Positions 26,282 to 38,435 of a DNA stretch of 64,000 nucleotides are shown in pieces. Location of the stretch: positions 43,214,001 to 43,278,000 of the forward strand of contig OZ024745.1 of assembly GCA_964016885.1 (NCBI GenBank). The letters are read 5' to 3'. The notes under the pieces were generated by a model that was given only the letters and a program-made list of their open reading frames with translations, was not told the origin of the DNA and did no database searches. The position numbers and the translations under genes are program-made. The stretch comes from Eledone cirrhosa (lineage: Eukaryota). Within the stretch, counting starts at the first letter, position 1. Each line of letters opens with the position of its first letter.

Positions 26282-28152
26282 CGTAAAACCAACCATGATA
26301 ATTTAGAATCCATAAACTTTGAAGCCTCTGAGATTATGTCAAAACTTGGCATCGGAAAAAAGACCGAACCATTCCTCCCAAGAACTCCGAGGATAAATCT
26401 CAAGGATCACAAAAACAATTTTCGCACTGAACTACCTGTTAGATTAATCGCCCCCTCTAAATCAGATCAGCTTCGTTCTAATTGCTCTTCTTTGAACTTA
26501 AATTTATGGTTTGGTACTTTTGAAGTGATTGACTGGTTCAACAAATTGAATAATAAAAACAAACTAAAATTTGTTCAATTTGATATTGCCAGCTACTATT
26601 CTTCTATTTCGCCTTCACTTCTCAATAATGCTCTATCTTTCGCATTTAAATATTCTGACATCACCACAGATGAACTTCACATCATTCTCACCGCACGTAA
26701 AACCATCCTTGAGTTCAACAATGAATATTGGACCAGAGCTGATACCTCTAACAACTTCGACATCACAATGGGAGCATCCGATTCATCCCAATTGACAGAT
26801 TTAATTGGTATCTTTATTTTGAACACTTTGAGTCGGAAAATTCCTCAACTTCGCGGTGGAATTTATCGTGACGATGGACTCTTTACTATCTTAAATTGCA
26901 ACATAGTTAACCTTAATATTATTAAGAACAATATACGTAATCTCTTTAACCAACATAACCTAAAAATTGAATTTGATAACAGCATCAAACTAGCTAATTT
27001 CTTGGATGTATCTCTTAATCTTGACACTGGCCATAAAAACAATGAGAACCTAAATTATGTTAATTTTAAATCTAACCACCCTACTAATATTAAGAATGCT
27101 ATAGTTAGTAATATTGGAAAAAGAATATCTAACCTATCTTCTAATAAAAACATCTTCGATGCTAACGCCAATTACTATAATAACGCGCTTTCTAAAGCCG
27201 GCTATCCTGATAAAATCAAATATAATAAAGAAACAAATTCTAGAAGATCTTACAGTAGAATAATTAATCATGATCATTCCAATAACTTTAATAAAAGACC
27301 TAGATACAAAAACATAATCTGGTATAATGTTCCTTTCTCCATCTCTATTAATAATAATATTCCTAAATTATTCTTTAGTGCCTTAAATAAATGCTTCCCT
27401 CCCTCACATATCTATAGTAAAATATTTAACAAACACACTCTAAAATTTTCCTATTCGACATCCTCCAACATTTCCAACATTATCTCTAAACACAACAATA
27501 AAATATTAAATACTAAATCTCTTCCTTCCAACACTGAATATCATAATAATAGTAATAGTACTCCCGACGTCATTGTAAACCCTAGGCTAATTTCTGCAAA
27601 CCCAAATACAACGTCAAACACAACTTCGCTAAATGTTCTTAATCCCATTCTAAATCAAGAAACTATTATTCCTATCGCAAATAACTTCTTCAATTCAACT
27701 CCTTCTATAGATAACACTAGGTCACTCGTTAATAATCTCTCTAATCGCAATTGCAATTGCCCTGCTAAAAATAAATGTCCTCTCAACAACCATTGTCTTG
27801 ATAAAAACTTAATTTACGAATGTAAAGTTATAACTGACACCAATTCCTTCACCTATTTTGGCTCCACTTCCACCTCCTTTAAAGCTCGTCTTTATAATCA
27901 TCATTCGTCTTTTAAATATAAACTTAAAAGAACCAACACGGCTCTCTCAGAACTCATATGGTCCTTGAAAGACAAAAATATTAAATAGAACATCTCTTGG
28001 AAAAAGGTTTCTATCCAAGACTTGCAATCTCTGTCTAAATGAAAAATTTACCATTATATCTAATTTAGATTCTATAATAAATAGACGCACTGACTTGTTT
28101 TATATCTGCTTGCATAAATTCCACAGAACTTTCCATAAAGTATACAGCTAAT
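26282..28152 (+). pseudogene. Penelope-like reverse transcriptase and GIY-YIG endonuclease, truncated and disrupted
   Basis: RT motifs: FDIASYYSSI, MGASDSSQLTDLIG, YRDDG, FLDV, SNHP. Endonuclease: CNC..CPL..C..NLIY..YFGST..FKARLYNH. After the TAG at 27986 and a frameshift the sequence continues CNLCLNEK...INRRTDL...CLH. Confidence 0.85.
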
Positions 28153-28560
28153 ATTCTAAACTTTATCAATTCAGAATCCTCTTCTCAAAGGCACACACAT
28201 ATATATATATATACTTCTTTAAAAATATACCCATCTTTCTACCTTATTTCAAAGTTATTTATTATATTCTATATCACTCCTATTCATCACTTCCCTTTTT
28301 TCCTTTTCCTTTTCTTTTCTTTTTCTTTTAATTTCTAACCCCTAATCTGTACCTTTTCTCACTGTGCCTAACATAGAAACAATTATTACACAATACACTA
28401 TATTCTTACTTTATATCACCTTGAAAAAATCCTTCGTAAACATAAACATTTTTTTTGACGTTAGATTATTCATCCTCTATTCATTATTTTTTTCTCACTT
28501 TCATCTAACTTATTCATGCTCATCTCACAATATATCCTTACTTACATTACTTCTGTTTTT

Positions 28561-28735
28561 TTAATAATACATATCAACATTTTCTTTCCATCGCACATAT
28601 TATTAAACCCTTAAATATTATTCTTAATACATATTAACATTTTCTTTCCATCGCACATATTATTAAACCCTTAAATATTATTCTTAATACATATTAACAA
28701 TTTCTTTTCATCGCACATATTATTAAACCCTTCAA
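28561..28735. repeat. Three 60-bp tandem repeats inside the pLTR (mirrored at ~25990-26165)
   Basis: TTAATACATAT.AACATTTTCTTTCCATCGCACATATTATTAAACCCTT repeated with 60-bp period. Confidence 0.8.
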
Positions 28736-29093
28736 TATACAAACCTTAACTTTACATTATTTTTCTCTTCGTTAATTTTCAAATTCTTTTAATTTATACA
28801 TTATCTTCCAACGGTTTTTCAACCTCTCTATGCAAAACAATATATTTTTCTCAGTTATAAAAGCTATCTCTCTCTCTCTATCACCCATCTCTCCTCCTAT
28901 CTCATCCTTCCTCATTATACTCCTCCCCCTCCACTTTTTACTCTCATCTCCTCCCCTTTTTCATCCTTTCCACCCCCCCCCCCCTCAAAATTTTTTTCCC
29001 CCAATATCACACATCAATCTAAAACTACTTTTCATATGTTGATTTAAAACTGCACTATCCACAAGTGTTTTTATCCTTCATATCATGTCCTCC

Positions 29094-29164
29094 TATTTTA
29101 TCTGATGAAAACACAAATGTTATTGCATGATGATATTTGTTTTTGAAATGCGCATAATAAAATA
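29094..29164 (+). ncRNA. Minimal type I hammerhead ribozyme in the Penelope pLTR
   Basis: TATTTTAT-CTGATGA-[long stem II]-GAAA-TGCGCA-TA-ATAAAATA. Perfect 8-bp stem I. Confidence 0.78.
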
Positions 29165-29194
29165 CATGGAACTCATTTAACCATCTTTTGATCT

Positions 29195-29284
<90 letters not shown>

Positions 29285-29316
29285 TTATTAAAATAACATA
29301 TATATATATATTCATG

Positions 29317-29373
<57 letters not shown>

Positions 29374-29385
29374 ACACACACACAT

Positions 29386-29423
<38 letters not shown>

Positions 29424-29602
29424 TTATACTCACACTCACATAAATAAAGGGATATATATATGAAAGCTAGCTTGATTGATCAATATGTTCAAATTATTAT
29501 TTCTAACCTAGGTATGAACTCCCGAGATTTTAGAGGTGGCTGTTATTGGGATGTTCCCGAGGGTTTTAATTAGGTGACACAAGTTAATTGAAAGGGTATG
29601 AG

Positions 29603-29661
<59 letters not shown>

Positions 29662-30119
29662 AGTGCGTATGTGCGTGTGTGTGTTTGTGCAAGTATATTT
29701 GATCCATATTTATATACGTGCTATCTACATATGTTTATAATAAAATGACAATGTTTAATACATCGGTAGATAGGGACTCAGAGGGAAATGTTATATAACG
29801 GAACATAACGTCTTGCTGGGCCTCACGGATGGTGGCGGGGTTGATGGAGTAAGCTCCTCTCGAAATTCATGGGAGCTGTGAGGTTTCTTTTGAGGGGCGA
29901 GGAGGGGAGTTAGGAATCAGATATTCCCGGGTTCCACTATGGGATTTCAGGACTCTGGACCGGTGTATCTGCTGAGATCGCTCATTAAAGGTTTAATCTG
30001 TGGATCATTAACGAAAGCACCATCATCGTAACTCGTTTCAAGGGTCAAATAAAGATGATAGGGATCATACTCCTCCAAACTATTTCCTACTGTCGTCAAT
30101 GGAAATTATAAGGGGTTAA

Positions 30120-30350
30120 ATGATCTGATTTTAGCAGGGTTCGAACGTCTATCACCGATGAAGTTCACCAAGAGTAAATCCCAAGCCTTTGCAGTGTTTA
30201 CACCACATATACAGGGCCGGATGAAGTCCTTTTGAAGCCCTAAACACTTAAAAGATTATGGTGACCTCCTTCTATATAAAATGTTTGGGATTTACTCTTG
30301 GTGAACTGCATCGGTGATAGACTATCGAACCTTGATAAAATCATATCATC
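30120..30350. mobile_element. MITE-like element with about 65-bp inverted arms
   Basis: GGTTCGA..GTCTATCACCGATGAAGTTCACCAAGAGTAAATCCCAA and its reverse complement at 30285-30350. Confidence 0.6.
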
Positions 30351-30429
30351 TTATTTATGCACATATGTTTGTGCATGTCGTTACATGTAGATCCACATGT
30401 ATGTATGTCTCTTTCTCTTAATTTCGAGT

Positions 30430-30810
30430 ATATTTTTTTGACCGGCCACCTTCCTGGTGGCAAGGTTGTAAAAGAAAAGAAATTGTCATCCCTTGAATCG
30501 CAAGAATGTTTTGTAAATTTTGAAGGTGCCAGCTATCACAGCCATTTGTAGACTATGAATTAGGGAGCTGCGCTTTTTGTCCGCAAATCCAAGTTCAGTC
30601 ATACTTTGGTCCAAGCGGGTTGGTATATAACCCGTAGCTCCAATAATGATGGGTATGAAGCTAAAGGTGTATCTTGGATACTGGATTTGTAAACTCCTCA
30701 TCAATGGTCCGTAGATGTCCTCCTTCTCCTGTATTTTTCTGACAACGTTTACATCAAGTGGGCAGCTGATCTCCACAACAGAACACGTTTTCAATGTGTG
30801 GTTCCAAACA
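30430..30810 (-). mobile_element. 3' fragment of an RLE-type non-LTR retrotransposon
   Basis: VVEISCPLDVNV..KIQEKEDIY...IPIIIGATG, abutting (TATG)n. Confidence 0.7.
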
Positions 30811-31317
30811 ATGTATGTATGTATGTATGTATGTATGTATGTATGTATGTATGTATGTATGTATGTATGTATGTATGTATGTATGTATGTATGTATGTAT
30901 GTATGTATATGGGAGAGATGACCCCTTAGCCTTTGTCAAGGCAGAATTCTAGGAGAAGGAAAACTCTGATATAACACCTGCAACCCTGATGGTATCCAAT
31001 GATGTTGAATTGTTCTTCTTTTTGGTAAATATCATCTTGGTTAAGAGAGTGGGACTGGCTTTGTGCAGTGCCTTTGCTCACTATAAAAGCTTCACGACAC
31101 AGGCATTGCTTTATATCTGGAGATCTCTCTGCACTTGTCATCACATGGTACCATGGGCCTAGCACTGTGTCAATAATTGTCACAAGTGTAGTGTTTGTAC
31201 CAGAGTTTTCAAGTCGCTGGCTGGACTAAAAAGTCACACTCGTTCAGCGCATCGGTAGGGGTTCTCCTACATGGATATAAAGTAGTGGCCGTACTCGAAA
31301 ACGAGTTGGCAGCCACC

Positions 31318-31368
<51 letters not shown>

Positions 31369-31444
31369 TATATATACATATATATATATTTATATATATG
31401 TATATAGTTGTTTATACTATATACATAACTATAAATAGTATTAT

Positions 31445-31477
<33 letters not shown>

Positions 31478-31511
31478 TTCCACACACCCTCTGAACTCTC
31501 TTCCTAACCTA

Positions 31512-31550
31512 TTTTCTCCTGAAGAAGGGCTTATGCCCGAAACGTCGTTC
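31512..31550 (+). ncRNA. Minimal hammerhead-like motif in a short insert within (TA)n
   Basis: CTGAAGA-aGGGCttatGCCC-GAAAC-GTC. Stem I is poor; AATAAA lies downstream. Confidence 0.55.
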
Positions 31551-31629
31551 CCCACCCCCCACTCTCAAAAGCGTGAACCTAATAAACCTTTATTTGTCTG
31601 CCTCTCTGTTTTGTTCCCGTATAAATTTG

Positions 31630-31697
<68 letters not shown>

Positions 31698-31714
31698 ATA
31701 TACATATATATATT

Positions 31715-31777
<63 letters not shown>

Positions 31778-32249
31778 GCATCTACATATAACGACATGCA
31801 CAAACATATGCGCATACCTTTTAATAAAATATAATTTAAAACATAACGTACCATAGTTTATAGATTATAGATGTGAACTAATATTTGCAGTGGAATCAGT
31901 GATATATATACGTATTTAGTTTAGAGAGAACATCCGTTATCTGACACTCACACTCATATATTTGTAGTCCATCTCTACTATTAAGTCTGTACTTTGTACT
32001 GTAGCTTTGTCCTGAAAAGTGGTGTATAACTGTACGTAGAATGTACTCTGCGTATTATTGCTCTTTCTTTCCTCTGACTGGAAGTCAGAGGGAGATTAAC
32101 CATTAAACAAAATAAACACATTATTAGGGCATCAAGGGATGAGGGGCACCATTTTATTCAAATTAAATGCATTTGTCATTCCCAACAAATATTTTTCTGC
32201 AGACTTTACGATAATCTTTTAAAGTTCTTAGGGCTTCAAAAGTACTTAA

Positions 32250-32620
32250 TCCTGCTCTACTTCCAGGTAACATGGTTCCTGATAAATTCATTTGCTGTCT
32301 CCCCACCACCCAACTGCACCAGATCATCATAATCTATTTGATTTGTTTACTTCCCGGATAGAAGACATGCATCTTTATAACGCCATCGTACTTAGTGACT
32401 TCGATGTATGCAGACCTTTCTGGTTTTCCCACTTTCCATGCACTGGTGCTGCTGGTGGAGACGCCGAGTCTTTTGCTTCACTCAACAATCTATACTAGTT
32501 AACATCTACTTATTTTCGTATTCTTGAGAGAAACAGAGTCATACTAAACACCCTTCATCTGTTTCTCGTCTCCAAACACCAAATTTATCTATGTAGTATT
32601 GTCTCTACGCCCATTAGATT
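32250..32620 (+). pseudogene. Possible highly degenerate LINE APE-endonuclease fragment
   Basis: AIVLSDFDV (GDFN-like) and FASLNNL-like peptides; many stops. Confidence 0.25.
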
Positions 32621-33115
32621 ACATAACCACTTATCTATGTAGTATTGTCTCTACACCCATTAGATATCACAAACCCACTCCGCCGAACGTTTGGGAACAT
32701 CAAGTCGATTGAATAGTTGGAGCTTGGCCTTAGCAGCAGATGTGTTTGTCAACGACCCAACTCAGATGAGTATGTGGGTGATCAAATCTTCCTAGGTGTG
32801 TCCCTTCCTAAAACTCTTATCTTCAAAACACCCAAGATATTTACTCACATCTGTGATGTAAGAGTATACAAGCCTTCCGGTGCTAAGGGTTTTTTCGGGC
32901 TTAAACCCCTCCAACAATGTGGAAATTTGTTGAATGATCTTATAGTTTCGTTAGTTAAAAAATATGAATTACTGTTCAAATAAGTAATAAGTACAAATAA
33001 ACACAATAGAAAGCGAGCTATTGTTATACTATCAAAGATGTAAATAGCTGTGGATGCCATTATGTCTATCGTTATCAAAACACATAAACACGCAAACAAT
33101 GTAATTTTAAAATGC

Positions 33116-33153
<38 letters not shown>

Positions 33154-33154
<1 letters not shown>

Positions 33155-34626
33155 GGTGTTTGTGAAGGAGACGGAATCAAGCACTCGACAATGTGGGAAA
33201 GGATAAGGAAGGAATGTTACCGCAGAATAAGAGCAATCTTAAGAACGGAATTGAATGCAAGGAATAGGATCGATGCCATAAACACGCTTCCCATACCAGT
33301 AGTAACCTACAGTTACAATGTCATCAACTGGTCAAGCACAGAGATCCGTAGGCTCGATACAAAAATTCGAAAATTCTTAACCATGCACAGAACGCATCAC
33401 CCTAAGGCAGATACAGATAGAATATATCTCCCTAGGAAAGAAGGAGGACGTGGGTTAATCCAGTTAGACATTGCGTTGAAAACTGCAACAATTGGATTAT
33501 CTACATATCTAAGGGAATCACATGATTGGATGATCAAACTCGTTTTGAAACACGAAAGCATCAAAAGATCATACTCCATTACAAAAGATGCACAAAGATA
33601 CAGTAATGGACTACAAATTTCAGAAGTCCCATTTACTGCTGAAATGGAAAACACAGAAAAAGCAAAGCAGGTAAAAGTAACTGCAAAGAAAGAACTGATA
33701 CAGAAACTGGCTAAGAAATGGCAAGAAAAGCCTCTGTATGGAAAATACCCAGAACGAGCTAACAATCCTGATGTTGACAAAACTTTAACCCATCAGTGGT
33801 TGGCATCCTCTGAACTGAAATCGGAGACTGAAGGACTGATTATATCAGCACAAGATCAGTGTCTGCCAACAAAAAATTACCAAGCCAACATAATAAAAAA
33901 TGGATGCAGCCCATTATGCCGTGTATGTAAAAAACAACCAGAGACCATTGACCATATAATTTCAATGTGCAGTCCTATAGCTCCAACCTAATACCTAAAC
34001 AGGCATGACAGAGCTGCACAATACATACATTGGATAATGTGTAAGCATTTTGACCTGCCCCATCAAAAGAATTGGTGGGAGCATCAACCACCTCCCATAC
34101 TTGAAAAAGATCACATCTCAATCTTGTGGAACTTTAGCATCCAAACAGACCGAAAAATAGATGCAAATAGACCTGATATAATATTGAAGGACTTTAAAAA
34201 GAGGGTATGCCTGCTAATTGATATGTCCGTTCCAATAGATAAGAATGTATCTATAAAAATATTTGAAAAATTGAGCAAGTATAAGGACCTGGAGATAGAA
34301 ATTGGAAAAATGTGGAAATTGAGAACTAAAACAATACCAGTGGTTGTGGGCGCTCTAGGAATGATACCTAGGGGTCTAATGATTACTTATCGCAAATCCC
34401 AGGAAACCCGCGTATAGGAGAAATACAAAAGATAGTACAAATGGGAACTGCCCATATACTAAGGAAGATTCTGTCAATATAAGTACATCACAAGTCTAAA
34501 CACCTAAAGATGCATGTGTGAGTATGTATGTTCTTTCTTGAACATGGCGGACCTTGTTGTCTCTTGAGGGCACTGGTTGTGACTTGGTGATAACTCGTAT
34601 GAACATAAAGCAAGATAAATGCAGCT

Positions 34627-34627
<1 letters not shown>
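33154..34627 (+). mobile_element. 5'-truncated R4/Dong-like non-LTR retrotransposon in (AAT)n
   Basis: HPKADTDRIYLPRKEGGRGL, ETEGLIISAQDQ, CRVC..ETIDHIISMC, RHD, IQTDRKIDANRPDI, EKLSKYKDL and IPVVVGALG. Premature stop at 33989. (AAT)n on both sides. Confidence 0.88.
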
Positions 34628-34708
<81 letters not shown>

Positions 34709-34980
34709 TAATAATAATGATTTCTTTATTAACCACAAGGGTTTACATAAAGTAGACATTAAGGACAGTGCAGGACAATGCAGGACGGTACAAATGGGCA
34801 TTTCTGCGTGTAAAAAAACAAAAACAGAGGATGTAACAAAAATAACAATGAAAATAACAATGAAAAATTCCCCAATAGGGGGGAGACTTCGGAGGGACAT
34901 TTGTGGAGAAAGCCCAGTAAAAAGCCACAATGACCCTGACCACCAAGGCAAGTGCCCTCTCCCAGTTTTCCACCTTTAGT

Positions 34981-37900
34981 TTACAGATATATACTCAGAG
35001 TCGGCCCATTCACTCGGGCCATTCTTGCTTCTCTCACCCATCTTTCAACAAAATGCTGGGAAGAGAGCACTTCCTTCTCTACTCTGATTTTCCTTTTCAA
35101 ATGAAATTTGAAAAAGTCAATCAGAGCATCACCGAAGAGGTAAGTGCTCGTCTTCAGCCCTTTCAAACGTGTCCACCATACTATCTCTTTCGCCATGGCC
35201 ACCAGACAGATAAAAACTGCCTGCCCTTCCCGGCTAAAGGAGGAGGGCGGGGCAATCCTCACGATAGACTCAGATGATAGCTGGATCCGTCCTAAACGCG
35301 ACAGCAGGTGTTCGACATAAACCCACAAGTCAGCAATTTTCGGACACTGGACGAGTGCGTGCAGGACGGTTTCGTCGCCCTGCGCGCATCTCGGACATGC
35401 CCGGCTGACGGCACCTCCATGCCTGTAGAGTTTATCCCGAACTGGCAAGGCTCCTCGGTAGCACTGCCAGGCCAGAGATTTCTGGAAGTTGTCCATAGGC
35501 CCTGGCCCGAAAGTTCTTCCGAAGAGATTGGCTAGTTGATTTTCGTCGACGCCTAGAGTTTCCCCAAGTACGTCGTCGCTCTTCCCCTCCACTAATCCTC
35601 TATAGAACGCCGAGGTGGAGTTTCCACCGATCACATTGCCCGATTGGTCGAGGGCTGTGAGCGCCTGAAGACATTCCAGTCTCCAGGCGCTCCCTCTCGG
35701 TCTTCGCTTGACCCAGGACTGCAGCTCCGTCAAGGAAACGAGCTGGGGAAAAACGCGTCTAGCAAACGGCGACCACACCTGATCACCGTCGAGGAAGAGG
35801 TGGAGATGTCGTAGCCTGAGCGCGTGCCTGCGCATCATCAGCCACGGCATGCCCAGCCCTCCACGCAGCGGGTGTTGACAACAGATGGACCGCCTGACCA
35901 TCGGAGCACGTCCCTTCCACAAAAAGCGAAAGAGCAAACGCTCCAGCGCAGTCAGGCGAGGCTTAGGACAAGGTACGACGGTTAGGCGGTAGCAGATGAC
36001 AGACGCGATGTACGCGTTAGCCACCTCCGCTCGACCTTTCAGGGATAGCTTCCTCTCCGCCCATTTCTGGGTGAGAGAAGCCACCCTGCTCGTCACCTCG
36101 TCCCAGTTTTTGTCCGTCTGGAGGTCCGGACCGAACCAGACCCCTAGCAATTTAACCGGTCCGTCCGTCCAGCGCCCGACGACGCTGTTGGACGGCATGG
36201 ACCTGCCTCTCCAGGTGCCGAGCTGCAGGCCCACTGACTTTTCCTGGTTGATCATTGCTCCTGTCACCGCTTCGTATTCTCTTAGTGTAGTGCCGATCGC
36301 CTCGATGTGTTTGGCGTTCGACACCACTACGGTGACATCGTCCGCATATGCTGACACGGATCTTCCGCATCCTAGTTCGCGCGGGACTCCCCTCAACGTC
36401 TCCAGTTTGTGCAGTAATGGCTCGAGAGTCAATACGTACAAGAGGGACGAGAGGGGACATCCTTGGCGGACCGAGCGCATGATGTTGAACGGTTCCGACA
36501 GGTGACCGTTCACTCTCACCACAGAGCAGATGTCGCTGTGCATGGCAGCGATCCAGCCTCTGAAGACGGGCCCAAAGCCAGCCGCCCTCAGGACTGCCGC
36601 TAGGTAACGATGGTCGACCCTATCGAAAGCTTTCGACTGATCTAAATTGATCAAGGACCCACCCGTGCCAGGTTCCCTAGCTACCCTCTCTACGATGTAT
36701 CGCATGAGGTGGAGGTTGTCGTGGATGGATCTGTCGGGAATGGCGCATGTCTGCGCCTCTCCCACCAGACCACCAACGACAAGCGCCAACCTCTTTGCTA
36801 GCACCTTGGCCAAAATCTTAAACTCTGTGTTTAGCAGAGTTATGGGCCGGAAATTGTCTATGTTATCCCCCTTGTTCGGATCCTTTCTCAGCAGTGCCAC
36901 CGCTCCTCGGCTCACAGAACTGGGAATTCTCCCGTTCTGTTGCCAGTTGCAGTAGACGTCCGCCAAGAGGCCTCCGAACAAGTCTGGCATCTGTACGTAA
37001 AGTTCATAGGGCAGACCATCCAAACCAGGCGATTTACCCCTTGTGCAGCCAGTCATTGCCTCCCGTACTTCAGCGGCTGTTATCGGCTTTTCGCAACACT
37101 TCGCCTCAGTGGCCGAGAGCCGCGGCAGTCCGTCGAGGTAGACACTAAAGTCCATCCCTCTACCCGGCCCCCCGCTGCCCCCGAACAGCTGAGCGAAGTG
37201 TCGCTGAAAAGCTTCACACATTTGCCCGGGATCGAGTAGCATGCGCCCGTCGTGGTCCACCAAAGACCGGATCGTGGCTTTGTTGCCACGACGCGCCTCC
37301 GCCACTCGGGCCCATTGAACGGCTTTCGTCCCCTCGTGTCTGAGAGCACGCACCCTAGCTCTGACAACGCAGCCTTCGTGCTTTGCATTGAAGAATTGGT
37401 CAAGGGCCAATTTCGCCGCAAGCACGTCGGTCGCAATGCCTTTGCTAAGCGCCTCGTCTAATTTTCTAACTAGTTCTCCCTCTGCTCTATTTTTCTCTAT
37501 TGCTAAAGCCTTACTAAACCTAATCGATTCTATTCTAATCGCTCTTTTCAGAGCAAACCACCACTTGTTGTTGACGATGGCCCCCGTCAACGCCCGCTTA
37601 ACTAGTTCGCTAATCCGGTCTCTGTAGGCCTTGCGCGCTGGTAAGGACGCGTTTAGCTTCCAGTAGCCGGGTCCTCGTCTATGAAGCCTATCTAAGTCAA
37701 GCACACAGGTCACGAATTTGTGGTCCGTGTAGCTGACTATCTTGAATTGTGGACAGCCTATGCTAGACCTATCTATTTCCCTACAAAATACTCTATCTAG
37801 ATATGATCTGGATGACCCTATGCGGTTTGTCCAAGTCCACATTGGCACATTCGGGAAATCCAATCGGTACCTGTCAGACAGTTCAAAACGCCTGAGCAGG

Positions 37901-38400
37901 TTGGTGAGGCTCTTGCACCCTCCACCCCTATCCGCTAATCCCACACAGTCCCAGCGTGCATCTAAGATCCCGTTCCAGTCGCCCACTAACACTAAAGAGC
38001 GGGACGTTCCAAGAAAGGTCTCCAGACGCCGGAAGAAATCAGGCCGCCCTGCTCCTGTCGGGGCATAGACGGCCACTAGCCTGAAAGCTTGCCCGTCTCC
38101 GCTGGTCACGTCCAGCACCACCAGCTTACCCTCTGGGTCCAGGAAGATGGCCCGTATGGCGAGATCCAAACCTCTCCGAAAAAGCACAGCAACTCCTCCA
38201 CCGGATCCAGGACGGCTGGGAGATGCGTACACATCGTAGCCGCCGAAGATCGGTGCGAAGGCCCGTGCTTCGGAGATTCTGGTCTCGCTGATGGCCACTA
38301 CATCTATGTTTAGTGACCTGAGGTCGTTGAGCAGGTGACCCTGCTTCCATGACGACCCCAAGCCACGCGCATTTATGCTGCCTATTCTGAGTGAGGTCAT
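34981..38400 (-). CDS. LINE ORF2: APE endonuclease, reverse transcriptase and C-terminal zinc motif (1139 aa)
   Basis: SINARGL, ISETR, VYAP, GDWN, YLDRVF, TDHK; KSPGLDG, FRPITLLN, LDQSKAFD, VRQGCPLS, YADD; CPRC...ETVLHALVQC. Confidence 0.95.
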   Translation of the reverse strand: MTSLRIGSINARGLGSSWKQGHLLNDLRSLNIDVVAISETRISEARAFAPIFGGYDVYASPSRPGSGGGVAVLFRRGLDLAIRAIFLDPEGKLVVLDVTSGDGQAFRLVAVYAPTGAGRPDFFRRLETFLGTSRSLVLVGDWNGILDARWDCVGLADRGGGCKSLTNLLRRFELSDRYRLDFPNVPMWTWTNRIGSSRSYLDRVFCREIDRSSIGCPQFKIVSYTDHKFVTCVLDLDRLHRRGPGYWKLNASLPARKAYRDRISELVKRALTGAIVNNKWWFALKRAIRIESIRFSKALAIEKNRAEGELVRKLDEALSKGIATDVLAAKLALDQFFNAKHEGCVVRARVRALRHEGTKAVQWARVAEARRGNKATIRSLVDHDGRMLLDPGQMCEAFQRHFAQLFGGSGGPGRGMDFSVYLDGLPRLSATEAKCCEKPITAAEVREAMTGCTRGKSPGLDGLPYELYVQMPDLFGGLLADVYCNWQQNGRIPSSVSRGAVALLRKDPNKGDNIDNFRPITLLNTEFKILAKVLAKRLALVVGGLVGEAQTCAIPDRSIHDNLHLMRYIVERVAREPGTGGSLINLDQSKAFDRVDHRYLAAVLRAAGFGPVFRGWIAAMHSDICSVVRVNGHLSEPFNIMRSVRQGCPLSSLLYVLTLEPLLHKLETLRGVPRELGCGRSVSAYADDVTVVVSNAKHIEAIGTTLREYEAVTGAMINQEKSVGLQLGTWRGRSMPSNSVVGRWTDGPVKLLGVWFGPDLQTDKNWDEVTSRVASLTQKWAERKLSLKGRAEVANAYIASVICYRLTVVPCPKPRLTALERLLFRFLWKGRAPMVRRSICCQHPLRGGLGMPWLMMRRHALRLRHLHLFLDGDQVWSPFARRVFPQLVSLTELQSWVKRRPRGSAWRLECLQALTALDQSGNVIGGNSTSAFYRGLVEGKSDDVLGETLGVDENQLANLFGRTFGPGPMDNFQKSLAWQCYRGALPVRDKLYRHGGAVSRACPRCAQGDETVLHALVQCPKIADLWVYVEHLLSRLGRIQLSSESIVRIAPPSSFSREGQAVFICLVAMAKEIVWWTRLKGLKTSTYLFGDALIDFFKFHLKRKIRVEKEVLSSQHFVERWVREARMARVNGPTLSIYL

Positions 38401-38435
38401 GTTTAAAATAGAGTGGAAAAGATGGGAAAGACCAC

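Larger units (their letters stand above)
25520..29202 (+). mobile_element. 5'-truncated Penelope-like element (Naiad-type) with an inverted pLTR copy at its 5' side
   Basis: An RT plus GIY-YIG ORF lies at 26336-27988. 25520-26281 is the reverse complement of 28448-29202. Flanks are (TA)n-rich. Confidence 0.88.

Noticed and set aside
27986-27988. Selenocysteine read-through in the Naiad-like ORF
   Set aside because: The interrupting codon is TAG, not TGA, and is followed by a frameshift.
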